Shown: in pieces, positions 9,301 through 18,499 of the stretch
Position numbering within the stretch: position 1 is the stretch's first letter
Layout: the number at the start of each line of letters is the position of its first letter
Origin: a virus
Taxonomy: Duplodnaviria > Caudoviricetes
IMG/VR virus record: IMGVR_UViG_3300030106_002316
Location: 1 to 56,106 of that record
Direction: 5' to 3' (one strand)
Length of the DNA stretch: 56,106 nt
Made by a program: the position numbers and the translations under genes
Notes under the pieces: model-generated
Told to the model about the DNA's origin: nothing
The model's input: the letters and a program-made list of their open reading frames with translations, nothing else
The model's database searches: none

Positions 9301-11402
9301 TTATCAGCATCTCTCTTTCCAAGACCAAACATACTTTGACTGAAATCATCATTTTTATAAGCTTGGTTCAGTATTCCTCCAAACGCATTCATACGAACAC
9401 CCGCAGCTAACTGATCAAGAGCAATAACAAATTCACTTGTTTTGTCTCCGTATGGAGAGTTTCTTAGACGTTCTGCATTGTCTGTTCCAATTTTAACAAG
9501 TAACTCGTGACTTCTTATGTATTCTTCTGGTAAATTCTGCATTATTTGGTTAGAAAATTTTTCTAAAGATCTAAATTCCTTAGTACTATAGGTAGTTATA
9601 GCGTCTAATTGTGTCATCCCCTCAGCATTAATCTTAGTTTTGTCATCTATTCCTACGTCAAGACCTTTCTTTCCAAAAATTCTGTTTGTGTCTGAAAACA
9701 TAATTTTATAAAATGGAACGCCCATTGCCATAGCTCTAGCTTTTTTAGCGAAGGTAGCTGTATTTAGGTCTAATACCTCTCCTTCTTTAAGCCTATTTTC
9801 AGCTACAAATTTTCCTATTCCATGAATCAAAGAAGGAAGACTTAAAGCTCTATCTATTTCCATTCCTGCAGCGTCTGTTCCTTTACCCCAAGGAATTTTC
9901 CAATTCTGAACACCAATTTTGCTTGCAAAAGTTATGTGTCCGATGGCATCAATCAATCTCATAGTAGACGTAGGATTAGCGAAAATAGATGTAAGACCCA
10001 TAAGATAAGATAAGTCTCTGTATTCTGTTCCTTCAAAGTAAGAATCCCATGTACCAGCAATGGCCCCTGCACTTACAACAGCTTGCCCTTGCATCAGCTT
10101 TTGCCAAAATTGACTAAAAGCTTTTTGTTCTGGATTCCAAGTTTCAAATACAAGCCTGTCTGTTAACTGTGGTTTTGCGCCTTCTATTTCTTTTCCAACA
10201 CCGCCATAATATGTATCTTTTAAAGGTACTCTATAATCTGCTGTCATAACAGAACGTCTTGCACCCTTCGGAGTCGTTCTTATAAGACCTATATCATACC
10301 AACGAGCATCTTCACTAACTTTTCCAACCTTCCACGCTGGCCCTTTAGTTAACCCTTCGTCTATACCCTTTATATTTTTCATTGAATCTTTAAGAAGTGA
10401 AGCTCTTTGTTGTAATATTTTTTCATTAAGCTTAGTAGCTTGAGCATATTCTTTATTTACTTCAGCTTTTTTTAGAGCGTCTTTTAATGGGCCTACATTC
10501 TGATTTTCTCTTAAACTTTTTACTATAGGGTCAATAGGTTGGTATCCTGGAAGTTTCTGAAAATAAGGAGTGGTGGCAGTAAGAGCTTTGTAAGTATCAG
10601 AAGCAACATCGCCAATTATTTTAACTGCTTTAACTATTTTTCCTGGAATATTAATTGGAACAGCAAAATCTGTTACATACATAAGTATCTTTGCAGACGT
10701 ACCTAAGTCTTTAACATCTAATGCTGCATCAGAGCTTTTTATAAATTTTTCAGATGCTTCTGCGAGTGGTTTAGAGCTAGTATTTGCCATTATTAGTTTA
10801 TCGTAATCAACTACTCCGTCACCAACTAAACCAATTCCTCTAAGACCTTGTTCAATAGTTCCAAAACCATATTTGTTAACAGCATCAGCAATCTGAGGAA
10901 GAATAATAGAACCACGCACTGCACCTGCTTGCGCTGCTCTGTATGATTCTTCAAACCCTCTTGTCAAACCCTCCGATGTTTTTCTTTTAATACGTTCAAA
11001 AGTTGGGACATCTTTGGCTTTGTCAAGAGGAGATGTACCAAGAACAAATGATTCTATAGCAGATATAGGTTCAGCAGGTGCTTCTCTTTCATCCCTCTCC
11101 ATAATACGTAACGTAACAAGTTCAGGAGTATTGTTTTCTTTTACTTTTCTTTGCACTTCGGGATCTGTACTATTTGTTATAAGAGTCCCGTCTTCTAATT
11201 CAAAATATTCTCCTGCTCCTATCTTAGCAGCATCTTCTTGCCCCTGAGTTTTTGGTTTTTCCATTAACTCTTCGGGTATATCTCCCATAAACTTAGGAAC
11301 AAACTTTTCTTCCTTTTTTTCTTCTTTTTCTTTTTTATCGTCATCTGAAAATAACTCAAACAACGCTTTGTCAAAAGGTGTGAAATATTTACCGCTTGCC
11401 AT
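6324..11402 (-). CDS. Large internal virion / DNA ejection protein
   Basis: 1692 aa, apparently helical, distal in the late arm, as for podovirus core proteins. Confidence 0.6.
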   Translation of the reverse strand: MASGKYFTPFDKALFELFSDDDKKEKEEKKEEKFVPKFMGDIPEELMEKPKTQGQEDAAKIGAGEYFELEDGTLITNSTDPEVQRKVKENNTPELVTLRIMERDEREAPAEPISAIESFVLGTSPLDKAKDVPTFERIKRKTSEGLTRGFEESYRAAQAGAVRGSIILPQIADAVNKYGFGTIEQGLRGIGLVGDGVVDYDKLIMANTSSKPLAEASEKFIKSSDAALDVKDLGTSAKILMYVTDFAVPINIPGKIVKAVKIIGDVASDTYKALTATTPYFQKLPGYQPIDPIVKSLRENQNVGPLKDALKKAEVNKEYAQATKLNEKILQQRASLLKDSMKNIKGIDEGLTKGPAWKVGKVSEDARWYDIGLIRTTPKGARRSVMTADYRVPLKDTYYGGVGKEIEGAKPQLTDRLVFETWNPEQKAFSQFWQKLMQGQAVVSAGAIAGTWDSYFEGTEYRDLSYLMGLTSIFANPTSTMRLIDAIGHITFASKIGVQNWKIPWGKGTDAAGMEIDRALSLPSLIHGIGKFVAENRLKEGEVLDLNTATFAKKARAMAMGVPFYKIMFSDTNRIFGKKGLDVGIDDKTKINAEGMTQLDAITTYSTKEFRSLEKFSNQIMQNLPEEYIRSHELLVKIGTDNAERLRNSPYGDKTSEFVIALDQLAAGVRMNAFGGILNQAYKNDDFSQSMFGLGKRDADNILNIFRTHQQELQDQVGYIQGAMEDLVGGFGKTSGEFKDLKIGADKIVAKLKSNIGEFSEQINSLSQQTKRIGTLRDSQVRKIMMDEDGLGLRRTHGVGLEESPNGMQALSRAETAFGNRIEGYATNAYEQAIRTKNARFDEMDEALQGKTLDAENYIDELEKLRNQQIDDFGEIHAILKKPNEYLAFGKFTRAEGEPISYSDDIDTFIRFARYKGLGNTSKDEMVDIAENIIDSNLSITLAKGSKSGSIPHSKDDTGDFDLSLTLENLSDHAASLKMSEEDYLRILLSNLTSQNRSALNSKFTHSMNASDMHTLRKNHADWSWRNKFTKPEASQAVYNSSKNLDEIFEGHNISEVAEANKEYTNFRRTWHESYLGKRLLQTIDEQAEGGVTQFLRNIDSPRDLLAPFLKAKDPAQSRKLLDELFSDFKDSNQNIISMKDIRKQILDDLDSTFGFEIIQGRLLRGNYETNISTISNLLENRLISKKAADRAKEYLNLLDKNSVKNVTEDIDNATKDLDAALKRMTSTQLENIKKSIGTEVESIKDTNQLFDFLFPASRADTYARESVGASDEVTDIFGRVKTLAEESSEKIKEAGFEPALDVSSIQKTFDEKFPIRDREQITGSRFDVFIKELYGVTPQDIYNRTVSETQKKQLQSFRDVLVSTLIKKSQNVTSTRKAMLDLSTKKDIDKIRGVNQEEMFRPTQWINDSLVSEGVISTPKAFQLDSDINIVEMMTMYENMGTSLKKIDRAVGANQSFVEDLEMIFDNVIAIKGLVPDLASGEFSNIPRGLTYSAALSRIYSGMRGVVSWRYLATEQIVREQQRAKHLMLHTIMSDPNFVRNLGLIIDNKPVKDERNFVSKILDIMAKPAFSRAVTYDPDKEESRNYDPTPNEVVKFLRSFFNVRYLQEKGLDIPFTDMTVPILGFNEPKDIVAGELSLVEDENLFGGYGLTRQEVLEEDEIDIDTISQDPSISLDQQTNDAETELFERIGL

Positions 11403-11410
11403 GTGTATTC

Positions 11411-14400
11411 CTATCTCTTAGTATTGTATAAATGAATTATGAGATTAAGTATTAATCTTTTTTCAGGCGCTGCGCCTATATTTAATTTCTTCAAACTTTC
11501 TTGTGCCTGTGCTTTTTCTGCAGAATCTTTTGTATTTCGTATAGCTTCTTGCAACCCATATCTTCGAGAAGCCCTGCTCAAAACATCACCAAGTTTCAAT
11601 CCATTTTGACCGTATCTGTTCAATCTAGAAACAATTTTTGGTGTGTTTCCAAATCTTCTTAACATTGAGACTCCTCTTCCTAAAACTTTCTGTTTTTCTT
11701 CCTTGCTTAAATTATTGTAAGATGCAATATTACCTCCTATTACAGTTGTTCCGTACTGCGTTTTTTCTAATCTTTTTCTTGGTGGGAGGTTTTTTGAAAC
11801 TTGTGAAAATGTATTAGCAAATATATTTGATTCTCTTGCTAAATTAGCTGAATCTAACTTTATATCTCTTCCGTCAAGTTGAGTTATTATGCTCTGAGGA
11901 AAAACATTAGAAGCTTCGTTTGTTTGTTGTTGTGGCAATCCTGCTTCATGTCTTAATAAATTGAAATTCTTAGATTCATTATAGAGCCGTCTAAATTTAG
12001 CTCTTCCAACGGATCTACTTACTTCAAGCATTTTTCTTTCTATAAGAGAACCATTTTTTATTCTTGCATACTTAGCATCATTCTCTGCTCTCACACCTAA
12101 AAAGTTTACTATGTCTTCTACTCTATCAAAGGAACCTTCTCCAGTTTCTGATCCAGCACCGCCCCATATGGCTCTATAAAGTATAGCAAAGTCTTCGTTT
12201 GAAATAGCACGACCACCGTTTTGTCCTTGTACCATTCCCGCATAAGTGTACGTCATACTTACTTTAGTCATAGCATTTTGAGCTAATAGGTAGGCTTGAT
12301 AAGCTATTACTTGCTGCCTTAAAGCCACCTTCATATGCCTTTCTCTATCTTCTGGATTCCCTGCATTTGATGCTTTATCTAAAGCTTCTTTTGCAGCTTC
12401 TGAAGCTACAGAGATAGTAGATTTCCACTCTTTTGATTTTGCTTTTGCCCACTGTTCTACGTGGGCAAGTCTGGATTTAACAAACCCGTCATTTTCAGGA
12501 TTCGAGGATTTATAAGAATCTGCGCTAAATTTAAACTTTTCTTTTAAAAAATCTGGAGTAACTTGAGCAATAATTAATGGAGCAGCGTTAACGTAGTCTC
12601 TAATCTTTTGAAGAAAAACTACTGTTGATGATGCAGCTTCAGTTCCAATCTTAAAACCTTTTCTTCCTACTCTTTTTTCTTGTACTTTTAATGCTTCCAT
12701 TAACTCCTTATTTTTAATAAAGTTTGGATCTTCCTTCAGCAAATTAAAAAGATTTGTGGCATCCGATGAAGTTATATTTCCGTCACCACTCAAGCTCTTA
12801 AGAAGCGTATCTGTTGCACTTAACTTTAACTGATTATTTTTAAAACTACGTATATTTTCTTTAGTTTCACCAAGTTTGTTTATTGTTTCTTTGAGATCTT
12901 TTATTTTTGTATTTAAAGGTGGGTCCTTATAAATTTCCGCTTCAGTGTAGTGCATAGGTCTGCTTGTAGTTATCGCCCTCTCTCCACCCGCCATCAAAGA
13001 CACGGTAGGAGGGGGAACTATTTCAGAAAACGCTTGTTTTTGAGACAGTATTTCTACTGATTTTTCCAAAGCTTCTTGGTTTATCTTACCCTCGGATGTT
13101 TTAAATTCAAACGTCTTTTGAAGCTGCTCTTTTACAACTTCTAAATTACTATCTGTAGGATTATCTATAAATTCGTTTAGAGAAGTATATACGCTTGATA
13201 ATCTTAAAAACTCATCTAATTCTGTAGCTTTGTCAGGACTCTCAAAGTATTTCGGATCAGCTCTAAGAAGATCGTCATAATACATAAGCTTGCTCACCCT
13301 TCCATCTGTCATATCTAATGGGCTACCAAACTTTTGTACTTCCTCATTTCCAAGATAATCTACGGTTATAATAGGTTCAGAAGTTACGTTTGTCACATTA
13401 AGATCGTTTGGAGTTTGTTTTTTTGTTGTCCTCTTTATTGGTGTATTTATTCTTCTTTCTATAATCACCGTGCCTTCATCATCTCTGTGACTATTTTTTA
13501 TAGGAGAAGTCGGCATTCCTAAATTTGTCCCCCCTGTATGTATGACCGCAACCTCGCCTGACTTTATCTGCGCTAATGCGTCTTCATAATTTATTTTTCC
13601 TTTACTATTTTCAACAACCATGTTTGCTTGTTCTTCAATGGTTCTTAATGAAGAACTGGTTTTTCTTTCTGGTATTAGTACGTTTGATTTTTTATTTTCG
13701 GTAAACAAATTATGAATATTGGGCATTGACTTTTTTGTAGTAGTATTCGTTATAGATCTTTCAATCTCCCCGTTAGATGAAGTATACTCTATTCCTGTAC
13801 TTTCTAAAGCTGCCTTAACATTTAAAAAAGCCGTTTTATATCCTTTATTCTTACTAACATGCTTTATAATAGCATCTTTTTCAGCCCCTTGCTTACTTTG
13901 AATAAGACTATCAAAGTTTTGTAACATAGTATAATTCCATAGGTTGTTATTTGGTGAGCTTGAAAGAACTTTTGCCCTTTGTGTATCAGTCAAATGTGCA
14001 AATATATTAGAAGATATTAGTACGTCTGTTTTATTAGGTATCGGAGTAAACTTTACGTTTTTATCTTTGTCTGTATAAGGTATAATTTCATTATCAGGAT
14101 AAACTTTTTTAGCGTTTATTTTAAGTCGTATCTTTTCACTAGTATCCCACTTTTTTTGTAAACTTTTTAAATAATTGACGGTGGTTTTATTGTCTTTGGT
14201 CTTATTGACTTTTGAATCGCCTTGTGGACTCATAAGTTTTCTAACTTGAGCCAATATTTTTTTATTTGATGCATACGGAGATGGATTTGTCGTCCCGTTA
14301 ACGATATTTGTTGCTATCTTTTTTTGAAGAGCGTTGTCTTCTTTAGCCTCTATAGCCTGTCTTAGAGGGAGTAAATTATACTCACCACCAACTGGTTTTA

Positions 14401-14746
14401 TTCCGTAAGTACTTTCAAGAGCCTCTTGTTGCTCTTTAGAAAAAGTATTAACTGGCAATTTGTTGTTATATTGTGCGTACTGATTCATTAAAGCAAAAGT
14501 AGCATTTCCTACCTTAATGCTTTGGTTCTTTTTTGCGTTTTTTTGTGTAGCAGCTAAGTTTTTTTCTGCAATGTCTAATTGTGTTTGTCGGCCTAAAGCT
14601 GCTATGCTTTCTCTTGATTCTCTCCCCAATCTTGCCTCTTTTCGTTGAGCAGCAAGTTTAGCGGTATCAGCTTCTGCTGCTGCTCTTTCTTGTTGAGCCT
14701 GTATGAATCCTGTGGCTATCCCGCCAGCTAATGCTGAAAATCCCAT
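11411..14746 (-). CDS. Internal virion / ejection protein
   Basis: 1111 aa, N-terminal GFSALAGGIATGF followed by coiled coil. Confidence 0.6.
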   Translation of the reverse strand: MGFSALAGGIATGFIQAQQERAAAEADTAKLAAQRKEARLGRESRESIAALGRQTQLDIAEKNLAATQKNAKKNQSIKVGNATFALMNQYAQYNNKLPVNTFSKEQQEALESTYGIKPVGGEYNLLPLRQAIEAKEDNALQKKIATNIVNGTTNPSPYASNKKILAQVRKLMSPQGDSKVNKTKDNKTTVNYLKSLQKKWDTSEKIRLKINAKKVYPDNEIIPYTDKDKNVKFTPIPNKTDVLISSNIFAHLTDTQRAKVLSSSPNNNLWNYTMLQNFDSLIQSKQGAEKDAIIKHVSKNKGYKTAFLNVKAALESTGIEYTSSNGEIERSITNTTTKKSMPNIHNLFTENKKSNVLIPERKTSSSLRTIEEQANMVVENSKGKINYEDALAQIKSGEVAVIHTGGTNLGMPTSPIKNSHRDDEGTVIIERRINTPIKRTTKKQTPNDLNVTNVTSEPIITVDYLGNEEVQKFGSPLDMTDGRVSKLMYYDDLLRADPKYFESPDKATELDEFLRLSSVYTSLNEFIDNPTDSNLEVVKEQLQKTFEFKTSEGKINQEALEKSVEILSQKQAFSEIVPPPTVSLMAGGERAITTSRPMHYTEAEIYKDPPLNTKIKDLKETINKLGETKENIRSFKNNQLKLSATDTLLKSLSGDGNITSSDATNLFNLLKEDPNFIKNKELMEALKVQEKRVGRKGFKIGTEAASSTVVFLQKIRDYVNAAPLIIAQVTPDFLKEKFKFSADSYKSSNPENDGFVKSRLAHVEQWAKAKSKEWKSTISVASEAAKEALDKASNAGNPEDRERHMKVALRQQVIAYQAYLLAQNAMTKVSMTYTYAGMVQGQNGGRAISNEDFAILYRAIWGGAGSETGEGSFDRVEDIVNFLGVRAENDAKYARIKNGSLIERKMLEVSRSVGRAKFRRLYNESKNFNLLRHEAGLPQQQTNEASNVFPQSIITQLDGRDIKLDSANLARESNIFANTFSQVSKNLPPRKRLEKTQYGTTVIGGNIASYNNLSKEEKQKVLGRGVSMLRRFGNTPKIVSRLNRYGQNGLKLGDVLSRASRRYGLQEAIRNTKDSAEKAQAQESLKKLNIGAAPEKRLILNLIIHLYNTKR

Positions 14747-14747
14747 T

Positions 14748-15305
14748 TTATTGTACCTCCATATCTAAGAAGCTTTCCCTAGAAGGCTCTTGCATACCCT
14801 CGTTAGGATTCTCTAAATTTAATAACATATCTTGTATTTCTTCTTCTTCTACTGTAGCTCTTAACTTTTGTCCAAACTTTTCAGGATTTATACGTTGCAT
14901 CATCTCCAAATCATTTTCGGGATCTATGTCCTCGTCTGGAATCTCATTAACAACTCTTAGGTCTTCAATACCTTCCTCTACACCTATGTCAGTTATACGG
15001 GCTGTTAAAGGAGGTTTTATAATTTCTGCAATGTCTGGTGTAAACACACCTTCTGAAAACATTTTTAAAGTGACGGCAGAAGCCAGTGTTTCAGCAGATA
15101 TACCAGCATCTAATAAGCTTACTATGTTTTGGTAAGCAGCAGGTTCCTCTAATGATTCAGAAACTAAGTCAAACGCTTGTCTTGGAGAAACAATAGAAGG
15201 TGGTTTTTCATAAGGTTTTTCTCCTGCAGTGTCAGTTAAAGACTGTCCAGGAATAGGTCTTGATAGAATGTCAATGTCTGTCGGATTATGAGTTTTTACA
15301 ACCAT
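14748..15305 (-). CDS. Acidic virion-associated hypothetical protein
   Basis: PIPGQSLT...PYEKPP motif; operon context. Confidence 0.6.
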   Translation of the reverse strand: MVVKTHNPTDIDILSRPIPGQSLTDTAGEKPYEKPPSIVSPRQAFDLVSESLEEPAAYQNIVSLLDAGISAETLASAVTLKMFSEGVFTPDIAEIIKPPLTARITDIGVEEGIEDLRVVNEIPDEDIDPENDLEMMQRINPEKFGQKLRATVEEEEIQDMLLNLENPNEGMQEPSRESFLDMEVQ

Positions 15306-15706
15306 TATGCTGTTCCAATTTGTTGAGGAGCTATTTTTGTGTCTGTGTCAGTAGATTTAGAGTTAAGAGTTTGCTTTAATATGGCAGAGTGATCTATCTT
15401 TCCTTGTTTTATGGCTTGTTGTACAATTGCCTCTCTAACTTTTGTATCTTCTATGCCACGTAAAAGATCTACAACCTCTTTTTGAAGTTTTCGTTGTCTT
15501 TCAGAACGATTTTCTTTTGCATTTTTGCTTCTAGTATTTGTCAGATTAATAGCATCTCTTGCTGCTGTCATAGCTGTTTGTCTTTCAGCAGCAAAACCAA
15601 TCTTTTCAGAAGCAGGGTCATACATCTGTCCACCACCGCTTTTTTCGCTACCACCAATAATTTCACCTAAAGCACTCTTTCCTAAGTCCATAAGTATATC
15701 AAACAT
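15305..15706 (-). CDS. Putative small internal virion protein
   Basis: Strong RBS GAGGAG; amphipathic N-terminus; context. Confidence 0.55.
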   Translation of the reverse strand: MFDILMDLGKSALGEIIGGSEKSGGGQMYDPASEKIGFAAERQTAMTAARDAINLTNTRSKNAKENRSERQRKLQKEVVDLLRGIEDTKVREAIVQQAIKQGKIDHSAILKQTLNSKSTDTDTKIAPQQIGTA

Positions 15707-15722
15707 TTTTTATCTCCTCTTA

Positions 15723-17237
15723 TTAAAAGTCTTCAAACTCTGGAGCTAACATTTCTCCTTCAGCATATGGTGTTATCGGACTTTCATTCATTTTGAGTAA
15801 ACCTTTAGTTACACCAACAAATGATTTTTCTAACAATCTTCCTAAAAACGACCCAACAGCTTTTTGAGAATCAGCGTCCACTTGAGCTTCAAACATTTCT
15901 TGTGCAAATTGATTAGCTATAGCAGTTAACGCTAACTGTTGGTTTCTCTGAATAGAATTTTCTGTTGCTGTGAAAGCAAAAGAAACTTCATCTCTATACT
16001 CTTGCCAGAGAGCATCTAAGGCAGAAGCTTGAATGCCTAACACTGCAGAAGCGTTGATTCTGTTAGCGCTGTTTTGTTCTGCTGTGTTAGCAGTATTAAT
16101 TGACCTTCTCCACAAAGCGTTAGACTGTTCGATAGCTGACGACATAGTTGCGTTAAATTGATCTCTAGAATCTGCTAATTTAGCATTATATTTTTTTATA
16201 GAATTTGCCTGATCAACGTTAAATTGATCCATAGCTGCTTGCCTATTAGCATTTGCAGCAGAGGCGCTAATAGCTAATTGATCGTAAAATTTGTTAACTT
16301 CTGTTTGTGTCTTAGCGTTGATATTTATACGAGCATTTTCTGCAGCCGTATCGGTAAACAAAGCCTGTTTACGAGCTTCGTAACTTATCAAGTCTGCTTG
16401 TTGTTCGAGGTCTGCGTTTTTTGTATCTATAGCGAGAAAGGTTTGAGCATTTTGTTGTGCTGCTTTCATACGATTATCGAGATTTTGTCTATCCATTGCA
16501 GCCAGTGTTGCAGCATTAGATAAAGCTGTTTGTTGTTGGTTATTTAAATTTTGTAGTTGTATGGCTGCAAACTTATTAGCATCTTGTACTGCAATAGGCA
16601 ACGCACTTTCTGCAATAGCTTGTACCATTGCTGCTGCTGCAACACTAGAAGTTCCGAGTCCTCTTGCGTTCATTATCTCTTGTACTTTTCTTACGTTCTT
16701 CGAGGCCCAAGCTGGAAGTGGCTTTCCTTCTTCTAATGATTCATAAAGAGATTCAATCTGATACTTTGTTGTAGCCTGTAATGCTAGTTCTTGTGTTTTA
16801 GCTTCTGCAAGACTACCTCTTTCTAGCATTTGCTGTTTTGTTCGTTCATCCACTATCTGCGATGTATCTACAACAGAGTTTGCCCTTTCTGTTATTTGCG
16901 CTCCTTGAACATCTGTAGGAATATTTGTTAAATTACGATCTATAGCTTCAATATTGCCCAATCCTTCTTGGGCTTGAGGAGCAGTAACAGTAGGCGTTGC
17001 AGCGACTTGAGTGGAAGATATGTCTCTAGCAGCAGGGTCTACTAACGTTGTGTCTGTTGTTAAAAATTCGTCTGGCTGAACAGCTTGTGATGTAGGCTGA
17101 AAAGCTCCTTGACCTAACTCGACTACTCCAGTTGCTTGTTCCCCCATAATGTTGCGAACAGGACTAAAAGCTTCTTCAGTTGTTAGCTCCCGTGTTTCTT
17201 GTGGTTGCTCTTCTGTTACAATTTCTTCATCTGCCAT
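15723..17237 (-). CDS. Ala/Gln/Asn-rich coiled-coil internal virion (pilot/ejection) protein
   Basis: Composition, heptad-like repeats, position before the core genes. Confidence 0.6.
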   Translation of the reverse strand: MADEEIVTEEQPQETRELTTEEAFSPVRNIMGEQATGVVELGQGAFQPTSQAVQPDEFLTTDTTLVDPAARDISSTQVAATPTVTAPQAQEGLGNIEAIDRNLTNIPTDVQGAQITERANSVVDTSQIVDERTKQQMLERGSLAEAKTQELALQATTKYQIESLYESLEEGKPLPAWASKNVRKVQEIMNARGLGTSSVAAAAMVQAIAESALPIAVQDANKFAAIQLQNLNNQQQTALSNAATLAAMDRQNLDNRMKAAQQNAQTFLAIDTKNADLEQQADLISYEARKQALFTDTAAENARININAKTQTEVNKFYDQLAISASAANANRQAAMDQFNVDQANSIKKYNAKLADSRDQFNATMSSAIEQSNALWRRSINTANTAEQNSANRINASAVLGIQASALDALWQEYRDEVSFAFTATENSIQRNQQLALTAIANQFAQEMFEAQVDADSQKAVGSFLGRLLEKSFVGVTKGLLKMNESPITPYAEGEMLAPEFEDF

Positions 17238-17646
17238 TGTAGTTCACCTTTATTTCTTCGGCCTTTACTTTTTCTACAGCTTCCGCTATATAGAAATATT
17301 TAAGTTCGTTATTCTCATCACGCTCATCGCTAAATATTATTTTCCATACTTCAAGATCGAATTTATCATTTATGGGTTTCTTGAATACAATATTAAGCTT
17401 CTTAGCAAGAACATTTGTTCCAAAATTAACACATTTTTTTTCAAATAGGAGTTTGTGGTAAAGCTGATTCCCTTTTTCTATGCTCTCTTTGTAAGCATAA
17501 TAAAGATCTTTATGAACTTCTAAGGTTGTGCATACTTCGTTTATAGCTACAACTTCACCTTTTAAGGCTTCCTCTGTTGTTTTACAGGATGTTAGCCATA
17601 AAGTCAAGAGAATAACTACAGTAATTAAACATACTTGCTTTAACAT
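17227..17646 (-). CDS. Putative lipoprotein
   Basis: Signal peptide ending in lipobox LTSC. Confidence 0.6.
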   Translation of the reverse strand: MLKQVCLITVVILLTLWLTSCKTTEEALKGEVVAINEVCTTLEVHKDLYYAYKESIEKGNQLYHKLLFEKKCVNFGTNVLAKKLNIVFKKPINDKFDLEVWKIIFSDERDENNELKYFYIAEAVEKVKAEEIKVNYNGR

Positions 17647-17648
17647 TG

Positions 17649-17990
17649 TCAGCCTTCAACTGGCGGGTGCTTTCCATTATGGGTCTTCATTAATACATCA
17701 ACATCGCGTCTTAACGAGTTGCACCTGTGTTTTAAGCCCTCTACTTCCCTTGCTTTATCTTCTTGGTTACTAGGAGATAACATCCCACCTAGTATCTGTA
17801 ATTGGTGGTTCATTACAGCACCACTAGCTTCCACTTGATCTAATCTTGTTTGTATTACAGCTAATTCTTCTTTAGTTGCTTTAAAGTCTTCCATTAAACG
17901 ACCAATTTGGCCTTTTACCATTCCCCACGTTGCTGCCAGACCTGCAAGCACTGTAGCAATGGTCATTAATTCTTTTGCGCCTAATTCCAT
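17649..17990 (-). CDS. Membrane-anchored coiled-coil protein
   Basis: N-terminal TM (LMTIATVLAGLAATWGMV) followed by coiled coil. Confidence 0.6.
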   Translation of the reverse strand: MELGAKELMTIATVLAGLAATWGMVKGQIGRLMEDFKATKEELAVIQTRLDQVEASGAVMNHQLQILGGMLSPSNQEDKAREVEGLKHRCNSLRRDVDVLMKTHNGKHPPVEG

Positions 17991-17991
17991 A

Positions 17992-18498
17992 TTATTTTTT
18001 TACCCAGTTTATGTACACGACAAGTGCGAGTAAGCTTCCTGCTAAAACCAAAATACCTAAAACCCATTCAAGTGCTTTGTATATTTTTCTTCTAAACTCG
18101 TCCTTTTCTTCTTGTTCTTCTTCGAGTTGTTTCTCATGTTCTATGATTCTTTTTCGGCGTTCCTCTAATATTGTGTCCCATGTACTAGCGCCAAATCTTA
18201 TATTTATTAATCTTTTTACTTTAAGCATCTGCTCTTCAGCTAGTTTCTCCTCAATTGTTTCTTTTGCTATTGCGCCTATGGAGAACTTGTCGGCTGTTGA
18301 TCCTAAAGTTTTATTAAGTAGGCTATTCCATTTGCCTATTATGGGATGGGCTTGTTGTTTTACTTCTTCTTTTCCTTTAAATAAATCGTCTATCTGATTT
18401 GCAATTTGTGATACGTCTTTTGCTGTACCTATTGCGCTTTTGATTCCTTTGACTGCGCTATTAACAAGGGCGAGTCCTGCTAATATTTCTGCAACCAT
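17992..18498 (-). CDS. Membrane protein
   Basis: Amphipathic N-terminus, coiled coil, C-terminal TM helix. Confidence 0.6.
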   Translation of the reverse strand: MVAEILAGLALVNSAVKGIKSAIGTAKDVSQIANQIDDLFKGKEEVKQQAHPIIGKWNSLLNKTLGSTADKFSIGAIAKETIEEKLAEEQMLKVKRLINIRFGASTWDTILEERRKRIIEHEKQLEEEQEEKDEFRRKIYKALEWVLGILVLAGSLLALVVYINWVKK

Positions 18499-18499
18499 A

